Of a stretch of DNA of 57,534 bases, positions 9,001-17,386 are shown one piece after another. Where the stretch lies: contig JAZKIU010000002.1 in NCBI GenBank assembly GCA_040384705.1, forward strand, positions 1 through 57,534. The letters run 5' to 3'. The first letter of the stretch is position 1. The number at the start of each line of letters is the position of its first letter. This DNA is from Patescibacteria group bacterium. Its GTDB lineage: Bacteria > Patescibacteriota > Minisyncoccia > Phycocordibacterales > Phycocordibacteraceae. The notes beneath the pieces are model-generated. The model was not told the origin of the DNA, ran no database searches, and saw only the letters and a program-made list of their open reading frames with translations. Both the position numbers and the translations under genes were made by a program.

Positions 9001-10727
9001 GTGTTGCCTGCGGAGAGCGCACCGGCGAACGCTCCAGTCGTATCGACGATGAGCGAGTTCACATGGATATCACCCGAGACCGAGGTTATGCCGCCACCCC
9101 CGCCATCGTTCTGGTTCTCGGCGTTCGTATTGATAGCTCGCTGGAGCCTGGCGACCCACGTATCGACGTATGCGATAGAGGCGCCTTCAGTGAACTGGTT
9201 CTGGTAGATGTTCTGCACCACCGTGCTCGTACCGGTACTGATGATATTCGTGGTGCCTGCGCCCGTTCCGGAGCGAGGATAATCGACCATGACTATCGGG
9301 AACCGGTTCGTGTACGGGTCGGTGAAGGTGGCGACCGCATAGCCCGCCCAGTCGAAGAATGCGGAGAAGGAACCGTAGGTGGCCCGTGCCAAGTACTGGG
9401 CACGGCCGAGGAACCAGCTCGGCAGCAGGGATACCGCGTCAGATGGGAAGGCAGCGAATGGCGAAGCAAGCCCCGCATTTGCAGCGACCGCCACGATCGG
9501 TTCTTCCTCGACGTACGCCAGCTCTTGTTCCTCTGCCGCGAGCGTCTTCGAAGCGTCCTCGCGCGCAGGCGTGCCGATGAGTCCTGCGTCGTACGCAAGC
9601 GAACCGAACGAGGTACCTATCGCGAGTTCGGTCGTGAGCGCTTGATGAGCGATGGTTCGGCTCGCCTCGGAGAAATCCGTGACACTGCGCTCGTATGCGA
9701 GGGGGGCCGTATGGATGCCGGTCGCAAGCGAGCTAGAGATGTTCCTTCCGAGTGCGAGCGCGCTCTCCGTCGCGAACGCAGGCACATCGTGCGCGCCCTC
9801 GGCCCATGCATACACGCCATGCTCGTACGCGTCCTGTACTGCGGTCACTCCCGCTGCGAATGAATTCCCGAATGAAAGGTAGGTGGCGGGAAGCGTTGCG
9901 ACGCCATCCCGTATGAATACTCCTATCGAAAGAAGACTGCTTCCGCTTCCATCGATGTGTGCGAGATATGCGCGCTTCGCATGCTCGACGCTTGCGAGCG
10001 GATCAAGGAGTGTTACGACCGCGTCATGCGCAAGATTCGCGGATGGATCCGGGACGAACGCGGTGCGCTCCTCGATGAGGGTGAACGCGGAAAATCCGGC
10101 GGGTGCGGATAGCACGTCCGCACTAGTCAGCATCGCGCTGCCGAACGCAAGAATATCTACGGGTTCCGGCGCAGCCACCGCGTACACGTGAGGAGAAGAA
10201 ACGGACGAGTTGCTCTCGATGCCGCGAATGCTGGTAGCGAGGCGAAGGCTGGTATCGACGAACGAGGCGATGAGACCCGAGGAAGCGACAGCTGAACTCG
10301 CCCCAAGAATGACTATAGTGAGCGCGAGCGCATACACCTGCCGAGTAAATACGGCGATCTTCGACGCATAAGGCGATGGAACCGATGTGATTGGGACGTG
10401 TCGTGGTACCGGCGCGACTGACTGCACCACTTCCTTTACAACCTCAATTTCCGCTGGCTCTACAACATCCTTGACCGTTTCGCTAACTACTTTCTGATAT
10501 TCAACCTCACGCGCCTTAGACAAGGACTCAGCGAGTACTCGCTTTCGCTCCTCCTGTTCGCGAACGAACGCGAGTACGGATTCCTTCGAGACGAGCCATG
10601 CGCGACCGATTTGCTGTCCATCGATTTTTCCGGCACGGCACATGCGTGCGAGGTAGTCCGAATGGTACCCCGAAATTTCCGAGGCTTCCTTAGTCGAGAT
10701 TAAATTGTTTTCAAGGAGTGGATGCAT
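1..10727 (-). CDS. Giant surface fibre/adhesin-like protein: N-terminal excisionase/MerR-type HTH, one TM helix, then >3,400 aa of repetitive Thr/Ser/Gly/Asn-rich extracellular sequence. C-terminus lies beyond the window (partial, >=3575 codons).
   Basis: Hand translation of the minus strand. ATG at 10727, with an in-frame TAG 21 nt upstream, gives MHPLLENNLISTKEASEISGYHSDYLARMCRAGKIDGQQIGRAWLVSKESVLAFV... The TM helix is IAVFTRQVYALALTIVILGASSAVASSGLIASF. The same frame is still open at base 1 (...GTTGQFPYYAANGTTLSATSTLFLAT), and 10727-5 is divisible by 3. No in-frame stop was seen in the parts translated. It is absent from the ORF track because it has no stop in the window; all track ORFs in 1-10200 are other frames or antisense. 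Confidence 0.85.
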   Translation of the reverse strand, partial: MHPLLENNLISTKEASEISGYHSDYLARMCRAGKIDGQQIGRAWLVSKESVLAFVREQEERKRVLAESLSKAREVEYQKVVSETVKDVVEPAEIEVVKEVVQSVAPVPRHVPITSVPSPYASKIAVFTRQVYALALTIVILGASSAVASSGLIASFVDTSLRLATSIRGIESNSSVSSPHVYAVAAPEPVDILAFGSAMLTSADVLSAPAGFSAFTLIEERTAFVPDPSANLAHDAVVTLLDPLASVEHAKRAYLAHIDGSGSSLLSIGVFIRDGVATLPATYLSFGNSFAAGVTAVQDAYEHGVYAWAEGAHDVPAFATESALALGRNISSSLATGIHTAPLAYERSVTDFSEASRTIAHQALTTELAIGTSFGSLAYDAGLIGTPAREDASKTLAAEEQELAYVEEEPIVAVAANAGLASPFAAFPSDAVSLLPSWFLGRAQYLARATYGSFSAFFDWAGYAVATFTDPYTNRFPIVMVDYPRSGTGAGTTNIISTGTSTVVQNIYQNQFTEGASIAYVDTWVARLQRAINTNAENQNDGGGGGITSVSGDIHVNSLIVDTTGAFAGALSAGNTTVNGDLTVTGDSNITGTLTVGSFTVSNLSVTSSLIGPSFTATSTTATSSFAGGFYAKRIEAGDYLAGPYVLATSTTATSVFSGNIAANGNTTLGDASSDTLTINSSIDSSLIPSTTSTYDLGSSTRTWRNAYIDTILATNASSTYATSTTFSTTNFRLGSNLFTSLLGNGLMNASGVLSVSTSSLASGFFLQNGNSFGTTAVLGTNDAQGLQLETNNLPRITVDSSGNVGVGTSTPGSLLSLANIANFTTATSTFYATGGINLTGGCFAVNGTCVTGGGGGGSGTVNTGTAGQIAYYESNGTTVSATSSVFVSPTGNVGIGTTSPYAKLSVVGQAVAEYFTATSTTATSTFALAQITNALRFGSDYLTDLTGSGLVITAGALTLDRTGDWTGTLDGQEGAYYLARANHTGTQLASTISDFASTARGLFSSSATGLTYTSGTGDFSLTSGYVIPLTASTTEWNAAYLARITGATYPLQIASNVISLAFGTTTANTWGALQTFTSGFLSTASSTVNGGFTVVGTATSTNLAITGVTSSLLSTNASGQAQSTTVSSPLSFSGSTLSIQNAAADGTTKGAASFTAADFDATSGNISIDYTNGQAASASTKGFLIPADWSVFNNKVSSTSLSAVYPLTYNSSTGVFASALSTTTSNTWAGTQTFGNILTTNATTSSLGINSETFTDLTGTGLSNVGGALTLNATGDWTGTFDGQEGSYYLDRANHTGTQVASTISDFSAAVGSYISGSSTVPHIGGSAFGDLLSWTGSAWGTRATSTLGIALGDTTGTLGQARGGTGFDSYAAGDLIYADGSGNLTRLPIGNPSQVLKVTGGLPAWGADLTTGGGGGAGAWATTSDSLAVYPADTSDVVIVGNSATSTLTSIFEVHGKSYFSNFLGIGTTTASTQLSVQGNALFSGNLSLANLTATGTVTAGNLTLGSLTGPLQALNGVVSASSTISVAYGGTGSTTLTGILKGNGTGGILSALAGVDYENALSFAYPLVRTLNAISLAFGTTTSNTWAGTQTFGNILTTNATTSSLGINSETFTDLTGTGLSNVGGALTLNATGDWTGTFDGQEGSYYLDRANHTGTQAASTISDFDASVNAYIHASTTIPKAYTANTFTGSNIFSGGMTIGSLTGPLQALNGVVSASSTISVAYGGTGLSTLPSYGQILVGNSAGGYTLTATSSLGLSNYWSVSGSDIYNSTGTNVGIGTTTPAAKLGVAGDVYASGFFNTSGTTGGYKIDNQLVGYASSTNAVTVFGIGAGGQSATTSSGIFSNSAFGSRALSANTTGEHNTAIGQRALELNTVGGNNTAVGDLALSSNTRGSGNTVMGFNAAPLLATGQDNVVMGYEALTLATAATSTVAIGTQAGTGSGLFASQGSVYLGHRAGYRVSNQSDYNTFLGFQAGYLNTTGYNNIILGAQTNTTGAGYITTGDNNIGIGFNSRFPSATGNNQFNLGNFVFGTLPATSTDSVFRLPTTGTLSVGSSSSAAKFSIHANNGDTATTLFAIGSSTASATSTLFSVTNAGNAILSGTSTAAAGAFTGFALGADYLTDITGTGLTITAGVLNASVSGDWTGTFDGQEGSYYLDRANHTGTQAASTISDFDASVNAYIHASTTIPKAYTANTFTGSNIFSGGMTIGSLTGPLQALNGVVSASSTISVAYGGTGLSTLPSYGQILVGNAAGGYTLTATSSLGLGVTGAGTTGQFPYYAANGTTLSATSTLFLATTGNVGIGSTTPAAKLGVAGDVYASGFFNTSAITGGYKLDGRLLGYASSTHSTTIFGLEAGGQNATTSGTFRLSAFGYRALSANTTGLSNDAFGFQALRRNTTGTDNVAVGDSALSQTVTGSNNVAVGYQASTNNTSATATIAIGAFSAGSLPFNARGYTVIGYQAGNAMVTGSDYNTFLGYQSGKLVSTGHSNILIGPSTSDNDLTTGSGNIGIGNNTFFPSGTANNQLNIGGLVFGTLPATTTVFTLPTSGKLGVGTSSPYAKFSIQTNNGDTATTLFAIGSSTASATSTLFSVTNTGNAILSGTSTAAGGSFTGFALGADYLSDITGTGLSISGGSLNVNVTGDWTGTFDGQEGAYYLARANHTGTQAASTISDFNDSVNAYIHASTTIPKAYTANTYTALNTFNGGLTIGSLTGPLQALNGVVSATTSIGVLYGGTGLTSAPSYGQVLVGNGSGGYTLTATSSLGYSFFQQDGNSFANTATLGTNDDNALAFETNGTNRIFIENTGNVGIGNGSPASVVGYTVVSIGNATSGGSLSFQQNGTNRAYIYNSAGANVLNLEAAAGVNVTDGSNSRLYIDTATGNVGIGTSSPYARLSVAGQAVASYFTSTSTTVNTFPTLLTTNATTSSLGINSETFTDLTGTGLSNVGGALTLNATGDWTGTFDGQEGAYYLARANHTGTQAASTISDFDASVNAYIHASTTIPKAYTANTFSALNTFNGGLTIGSLTGPLQALNGVVSASSTISVAYGGTGLSTLPSYGQILVGNSAGGYTLTATSSLGLGTVGSGTTGQFPYYAANGTTLTATSSLSISTSGAVSVKAGSDIAQLHIGNFATLESKFNGDAEESLSLTSTESVDVKLGAGGFFNVYDSTDTFVFYVDDEGSVLSQGSGSFAGIFGVAGDTFLQQDALIGATLAVGTSTTPLRQVTIATSTLPQLMLADGSTSSNPYNFRSINGNLYIATSSPTTYATSSMSALTINTNGYLGIGTTTPGSPLSIGGIANFTTATSTLYGTGGINLTSGCFAVNGTCVGAAGGSGTVGSGTTGQFPYYAANGTTLTATSSIFLATSGYVGIGSTAPLAPLYVSTSKDAYTNLGDVANYNTVFKLTTASTGVGQGIAWSAGTNPNVGAGIVFQRTDTFSKGQLEFYIKQSNADAVAPILSMVISDSGRVGIGTSSPYAKLSVVGEVVASHYTATTTATSTFAGGLNVLAINQTGSASSTFANGINLASGCFAVNGTCVGSGSGSGTVGSGTTGQFPYYAANGTTLSATSTLFLA
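1861..1969 (-). repeat. Intragenic repeat copy, identical to 5827..5935 and 6907..7015
   Basis: 109 nt identical by eye. The offset of 3966 nt (1322 codons) is in frame. Confidence 0.85.
3832..3910 (-). repeat. Intragenic repeat copy, pairs with 1..79
   Basis: See 1..79. Confidence 0.9.
3971..4298 (-). repeat. 328-nt near-identical intragenic repeat, copy 1
   Basis: Matches 5495..5822 with a single mismatch seen (gtacgaTggg vs gtacgaGggg). The offset is 1524 nt (508 codons). Antisense track ORFs 3901..4257 and 5443..5781 share an identical 80+ aa tail as a by-product. Confidence 0.92.
5495..5822 (-). repeat. 328-nt near-identical intragenic repeat, copy 2
   Basis: See 3971..4298. Confidence 0.92.
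5779..5981 (-). repeat. 203-nt identical intragenic repeat, copy 1
   Basis: Identical by eye to 6859..7061. The offset is 1080 nt (360 codons). It overlaps the previous repeat family, so the repeats are mosaic. Confidence 0.9.
6859..7061 (-). repeat. 203-nt identical intragenic repeat, copy 2
   Basis: See 5779..5981. Confidence 0.9.
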
Positions 10728-10786
10728 GTCGGATAACCGAATTAACTAAATTCTATCTGTCTTTTCGGAAATACCGCAGTAATTTT

Positions 10787-10846
10787 TGTGGATAGCTTTA
10801 GAAACTTTTCATGAAGGGAATTTACTCATCACGCGCGAAAAGTTTT
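10787..10846 (-). promoter_or_regulatory. Upstream motif of the giant gene: TGTGGATAGCTTTA (near DnaA-box 9-mer) plus inverted repeat GAAACTTTTC / GAAAAGTTTT
   Basis: tgtggatagcttta at 10787..10800 matches tgtggataacttta at 17657..17670 in 13 of 14 positions. gaaaagtttt at 10837..10846 is identical to 17673..17682. gaaacttttc at 10801..10810 is its near-perfect inverted partner. The function is unknown. Confidence 0.35.
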
Positions 10847-11088
10847 AACGGCGAGGCTAATTAATACAGTGATCTTCAAAGAAGAAATCTTAAGCATGTA
10901 ATCCCCTAAGAGGTTCTACGGTAAGGATGAATTCAAGAAAATGAGGGGACTATGCACGTCGATAGTTCGTAATGCGTGACTTCAGAGGCTCAAAATGGCT
11001 CGTAGAAGGCCGTTCGAATCAAAGACTGTGGAAATATGTGTCTCGAAATCTTAATTGAAGTAGCTAGTTGCAATAGTTGATACAAAAG

Positions 11089-11114
11089 AAATAAAAAACT
11101 CCGCATGTGCGGAG
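11089..11114 (-). terminator. Rho-independent terminator downstream of 11167..12141
   Basis: The minus strand reads CTCCGC-acat-GCGGAG followed by TTTTTTATTT. Confidence 0.8.
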
Positions 11115-11166
11115 ATTTTACTTGGTACCAATCTCGTATATACGAGACGAGAAATGCTTTACATAC

Positions 11167-12141
11167 CTACTTCTTTATCTCGCTCTCTCCGCGTACGAAA
11201 TCAAATACATGTCCGCGTACGCTTGTATCAATCCCGCGTTGAGCTAGAAATGCATCCATTACTCCGCTACCTACAAGGGCGGTTATGAGCGCCATACCTG
11301 CCACAGCTACCAGCACCGCTTGAATGCTGTTCACCCTTGAGCGTGATTTCCCGGTAATAGGCGCAGCGATTCGAGCATTCGTTCTTGGTCGAGGCGCTGA
11401 CGTTCTCCTCGATAGATCAATGACTCCCCCGCTAACATGCGCACGCGGTGGCATAGCTTCGGCAGGAGATGGTTCAGGTCGCTTTATGGTAAATGGAACT
11501 CTCTCCTCTTCTTCAAATGAATCGAACTGCTCCTGCGCTTCGACATTCGATTGAGGGATTGTCGCTGGCGGTATTAGCTCCTGTGAAACATTAGATATGT
11601 TGTATTCATTAGATATGTCGGTTGCCCGAACCGCGACAGTATCTTCTTCGGGCATTTCTACCGGTGACTCAACCTCGACTTCCAATTGGGGGTACGGCTC
11701 ATCCTCCATTGCCTTCTCCTCGTTCTGAGGAAGCGATCTTTCGCGCGTCTCGAACCACTCCTTCCAGGCATCTTGCATCATGGAAACAGCTGGTGTGGGC
11801 TCCACTGCTTCCACAACCACCTCTGGTGGCTTTGTAGCAGCAAATACGGGCATAAGCGGTGCTTCGGGCTCAGATACGTAGCGCGGAGCCTCCCATATCG
11901 CCGTAGATGCCTCCACCTTGAATTCAGACGAGTCCGTTGCTACCTCTTTCTTCACTGATTCGTTGCCAAAACGATGCGCTCTTATGGCAGATTCCAGTAC
12001 ATACCAGCTTCGTCCGACCAAACGAGCCTCGACACGACCCTCTCGGCACAATTGGCCGACATAATCCTTCGCATATCCTGTTATCTTGGCCGCCCGCTTC
12101 GACGAGATATATATCTTGTCTCCAATAGTCAGTTCATCCAT
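11167..12141 (-). CDS. HTH (excisionase/MerR-like) protein with long acidic Pro/Glu-rich linker and C-terminal TM helix; paralogue of the N-terminus of the giant protein
   Basis: 324-aa ORF. Its N-terminus IYISSKRAAKITGYAKDYVGQLCREGRVEARLVGRSWYVLESAIRAH aligns with giant-protein residues 9-56. The TM helix is IQAVLVAVAGMALITALVGSGVM, near the C-terminus. It has its own -10 box and terminator. Confidence 0.8.
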   Translation of the reverse strand: MDELTIGDKIYISSKRAAKITGYAKDYVGQLCREGRVEARLVGRSWYVLESAIRAHRFGNESVKKEVATDSSEFKVEASTAIWEAPRYVSEPEAPLMPVFAATKPPEVVVEAVEPTPAVSMMQDAWKEWFETRERSLPQNEEKAMEDEPYPQLEVEVESPVEMPEEDTVAVRATDISNEYNISNVSQELIPPATIPQSNVEAQEQFDSFEEEERVPFTIKRPEPSPAEAMPPRAHVSGGVIDLSRRTSAPRPRTNARIAAPITGKSRSRVNSIQAVLVAVAGMALITALVGSGVMDAFLAQRGIDTSVRGHVFDFVRGESEIKK

Positions 12142-12147
12142 GCTTTG

Positions 12148-12153
12148 AGTATA
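12148..12153 (-). promoter_or_regulatory. -10 box TATACT, 6 nt upstream of the ATG at 12141 (leaderless-type)
   Basis: The minus strand reads GCTTATACTCAAAGC-ATG. Confidence 0.55.
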
Positions 12154-12214
12154 AGCTTTTCTCGTCTTGTATGAAATGGGTTGTTAACAAGATTCATATA
12201 TGATTCGAGGACAA

Positions 12215-12235
12215 GTAAAAAACACCCCTCGGGTG
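12215..12235 (-). terminator. Rho-independent terminator downstream of gatB
   Basis: The minus strand reads CACCC-gag-GGGTG followed by TTTTTTAC. A T-run is also present on the plus side. Confidence 0.7.
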
Positions 12236-12267
12236 CTTTTTATGCTCACTAATCTGCCGCATCTCCC

Positions 12268-13665
12268 CTATGACGGCTTCCTGATTTCCTCTGCTAGAAG
12301 AGTGGATATGGTCCCAGGATTGCCCGCTCCCTTAGACGCCTTCATCCCCTGGCCCACCAAGAACTGGAGGACGCTCTCCTTGCCTGCCAGGTACTCCGCT
12401 ACGACAGTCGGGTGTTCAGCGATGACTGCCTGGACGATGGTGCGGAGCGCTTCGGGATCGCTCACCTGAAGCACCCCTAGCTCTTGAGCGACAGCGACAG
12501 ATGAGGTGGCACCGGTTGCCACGAGCGTGGCGAGCACCTCTTTCGCACCTCGCGAGGATATCTCTCCCTGTTCGATCATTCGCGCGAGCTCTGCGAACGC
12601 TTGCGGCGAGAGCTTCGCGTGCTCGCCTGCAACATCCGATATTAAATAGTTGGCACCGATCTTCACGAGCGCCTGATTATTCTCAACCTCAGCTAGGAAC
12701 ATATCGAAGAAGGTGCTGTCTTCGACGCTTCCCGCAAGTTGCACTGCTGTTACATCGTTGAGTCCGAGGGATGCATACCGAGCGCGCCGCTCCCATGGGA
12801 GTTCCGGCATGGACAGGGCCAGCTCTTCCTTCGTCAGCCACGGTATCTCTGAGAGCACGAGCTTTGGGAGGTCGGGCTCCGGGAAGTATCGGTAGTCGGC
12901 ACTCCCCTCCTTGAGCCGCTGCGGAAAAGTAATCTGTTTATTCTCGTCCCATCCACGGGTCTCCTGCGTCACTCGGCCTCCTGACTCAATGAGTTCTATC
13001 TGCCGTGCTACTTCGAACTCTATCGCGCGCTCGACCGAACGGAACGAGTTGAGGTTCTTGACCTCGACCTTCGTCCCGAATGTATCGTCCTTCGAAACGG
13101 AGATATTCGCCTCGACGCGCATCTCGCCCTTCTCAAGATTCGCGTGCGACGCGCCGAGCGTGCGCAGGAGAAGCTGGAGTTCCCGCGCGAAGCGTCCGGC
13201 CGTCTCGGCGTCATGGATGACCGGTTCAGTGACGAGCTCCATGAGGGGAACGCCGGCACGATTGAAGTCGACGATGCTTCCCTTCGCGCTATGAGCGGAG
13301 CGCGCAGTGTCTTCTTCTAGATGCACGCGAGTCACCGCGACCCCTGTGAGCTCGCCACCCGATACAAGCGGTCGCTCGTACTGGCTGATCTGGTATCCCT
13401 TCGGAATGTCCGGGTAGAAATAGGACTTGCGATCGAACTCGGTATAGTCCGCGAGCGTGCCGCCGATAGCGGTCCCGACGCGTCCAATGTGGCGGAGCGC
13501 TTCCTGGTTTATGACCGGAAGCGTACCGGGGTGCGCGAGGCAGACCGGGCAGATATTGGTGTTGGGTTCGCTCCCATCCGGATCGTTCGCGGAGTCGCAG
13601 AACATCTTGGTCCGCGTCGCGAGCTCCGCGTGCACTTCAAGGCCGATGGTGGGGCGATAACTCAT
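12268..13665 (-). CDS. gatB: Asp-tRNA(Asn)/Glu-tRNA(Gln) amidotransferase subunit B
   Basis: 465 aa. The N-terminus MSYRPTIGLEVHAELATRTKMFCDS...ICPVCLAHPGTLPVIN is typical GatB, as is the overall length. Confidence 0.96.
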   Translation of the reverse strand: MSYRPTIGLEVHAELATRTKMFCDSANDPDGSEPNTNICPVCLAHPGTLPVINQEALRHIGRVGTAIGGTLADYTEFDRKSYFYPDIPKGYQISQYERPLVSGGELTGVAVTRVHLEEDTARSAHSAKGSIVDFNRAGVPLMELVTEPVIHDAETAGRFARELQLLLRTLGASHANLEKGEMRVEANISVSKDDTFGTKVEVKNLNSFRSVERAIEFEVARQIELIESGGRVTQETRGWDENKQITFPQRLKEGSADYRYFPEPDLPKLVLSEIPWLTKEELALSMPELPWERRARYASLGLNDVTAVQLAGSVEDSTFFDMFLAEVENNQALVKIGANYLISDVAGEHAKLSPQAFAELARMIEQGEISSRGAKEVLATLVATGATSSVAVAQELGVLQVSDPEALRTIVQAVIAEHPTVVAEYLAGKESVLQFLVGQGMKASKGAGNPGTISTLLAEEIRKPS

Positions 13666-13706
13666 TGGCTACACGGTACCCCGAGGGCGAGCCCTGGCGC
13701 AAGCGG

Positions 13707-14681
13707 CTACCGTCCGGGCGTGAGCTCTTTCGTGAGCCTGTCCGCGAACGCTTTCAGGAGCTCGTCATCGATGACCGAGAGCGGTATGACCTCCTTCCCT
13801 ATCGCCTTGGAGAGGGTGGCAACAGCGGCTTCCCGCTCTGATTCAGGCAGTATATCCACCTTGGAGAGGACAACGATCTCCTGCTTATCCGTAAGATTCC
13901 CATCGACGGTAGCGAGCTCTTTTCGTATATCCTGATAGCTTTTTGCAGGGTCTTCTTGTTCAGCCGAGACGAGATGCACAAGGAATCGCGTGCGTTCGAT
14001 ATGGCGAAGGAACTTGGCTCCGAGACCTCGTCCGCTCGAGGCTCCCTCGATGAGACCAGGAATATCAGCGAGAAGGAACCCGTAGAAGTCACCGAGATGG
14101 GGGTCGAGCGTGGTGAATGGATATGCCGCCACCTTGGACTTGGAGCGGGTAAGCGAGTTCACGAGGGAGGACTTCCCCGCGTTCGGGAAGCCGATGAATC
14201 CAGCGTCCGCGATGAGTTTGAGGGTGATATGGATATCCCCACCCTGCCCCTTCTTACCCTTCGTGGTCTCGAACGGATTGCGGTTAACCGAGCTCTTGAA
14301 GTGGGCATTGCCGAACCCGCCTCCCCCTCCCTTATAGACGATGATGCGCTCGCCCTCCGAGAGTATCTCGTAGGTCTCGCCGGTAGAGGTCGTCGCAACG
14401 GTACCCACCGGTACCCGTATCACTGCTGGCTCGCCATCTTTCCCATGCTTGTCGTTGCCTCCTCCTGGGCCTCCGTCCTCTCCCTTGAAGCTCTTCGTGA
14501 ACCGGTATGACGCGAGTACCGCGAGATCGCGCACTCCCTCGAGCACGACATCACCGCCACGCCCGCCATCACCGCCGGCAGGCCCCGCTTTCTCGAGCCC
14601 CTTCAAGTGGAGCCAACGCACGACGCCATCGCCACCGCGGCCAGCGGTTGCGCGTACGTTCATTTCATCGACGAGTGCCAT
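13707..14681 (-). CDS. obg: GTPase Obg/CgtA
   Basis: The Obg fold appears as MALVDEMNVRATAGRGGDGVV...GGDGGRGGDV. G motifs are GFPNAGKSS and DIPGLIEGA. The track ORF extends to 14762, but that extension crosses the secA terminator palindrome. The ATG at 14681 matches the usual Obg N-terminus. Confidence 0.92.
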   Translation of the reverse strand: MALVDEMNVRATAGRGGDGVVRWLHLKGLEKAGPAGGDGGRGGDVVLEGVRDLAVLASYRFTKSFKGEDGGPGGGNDKHGKDGEPAVIRVPVGTVATTSTGETYEILSEGERIIVYKGGGGGFGNAHFKSSVNRNPFETTKGKKGQGGDIHITLKLIADAGFIGFPNAGKSSLVNSLTRSKSKVAAYPFTTLDPHLGDFYGFLLADIPGLIEGASSGRGLGAKFLRHIERTRFLVHLVSAEQEDPAKSYQDIRKELATVDGNLTDKQEIVVLSKVDILPESEREAAVATLSKAIGKEVIPLSVIDDELLKAFADRLTKELTPGR

Positions 14682-14718
14682 ATAACTTGAGCCTACCTGG
14701 TCGCGCATGAAAATACCA

Positions 14719-14758
14719 GAAAGGCCCCCGAGCTCCATATGGAGCTCGGGGGCCTTTC
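14719..14758 (-). terminator. Perfect 40-nt palindrome (up to 20 bp self-complementary per arm; no unpaired centre) immediately after the secA stop; likely terminator or attenuator
   Basis: gaaaggcccccgagctccat|atggagctcgggggcctttc. On the minus strand it is followed by TGGTATTTTC. Confidence 0.65.
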
Positions 14759-14768
14759 TCAAACGAGA

Positions 14769-17294
<2,526 letters not shown>

Positions 17295-17340
17295 ATACGG
17301 AGCACTATACCTCTACGACGGCTTCGAAGATAGGCCGTAA

Positions 17341-17369
17341 GGAAAAGGAAAAACGCCCCACTGGGGCGT
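17341..17369 (-). terminator. Rho-independent terminator after the small Lys-rich gene
   Basis: The minus strand reads ACGCCCC-agt-GGGGCGT followed by TTTTTCCTTTTCC. Confidence 0.8.
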
Positions 17370-17386
17370 CGTTCCTAAGAATGCAA

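Noticed and set aside
1-10200. Many plus-strand and off-frame minus-strand track ORFs across the giant gene, for example 1629..2693 (354 aa), 5595..6497 (300 aa), 6674..7378 (-), 9063..9863.
   Set aside because: They are Arg/Gly/Val/Pro-rich, overlap one another in several frames and duplicate each other only because the underlying DNA is repeated. All lie antisense or out of frame to one uninterrupted minus-strand reading frame with protein-like, motif-rich sequence. They are typical GC-rich shadow ORFs.
1-10727. The giant ORF might be missing from the track because of recoded stop codons or an alternative genetic code.
   Set aside because: Hand translation found no TAA, TAG or TGA in the frame. 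Checked stretches at both ends are open and in the same phase. If stops existed, fragments of this frame of 60 aa or more would have been listed. The simpler explanation is that the ORF has no stop inside the window.
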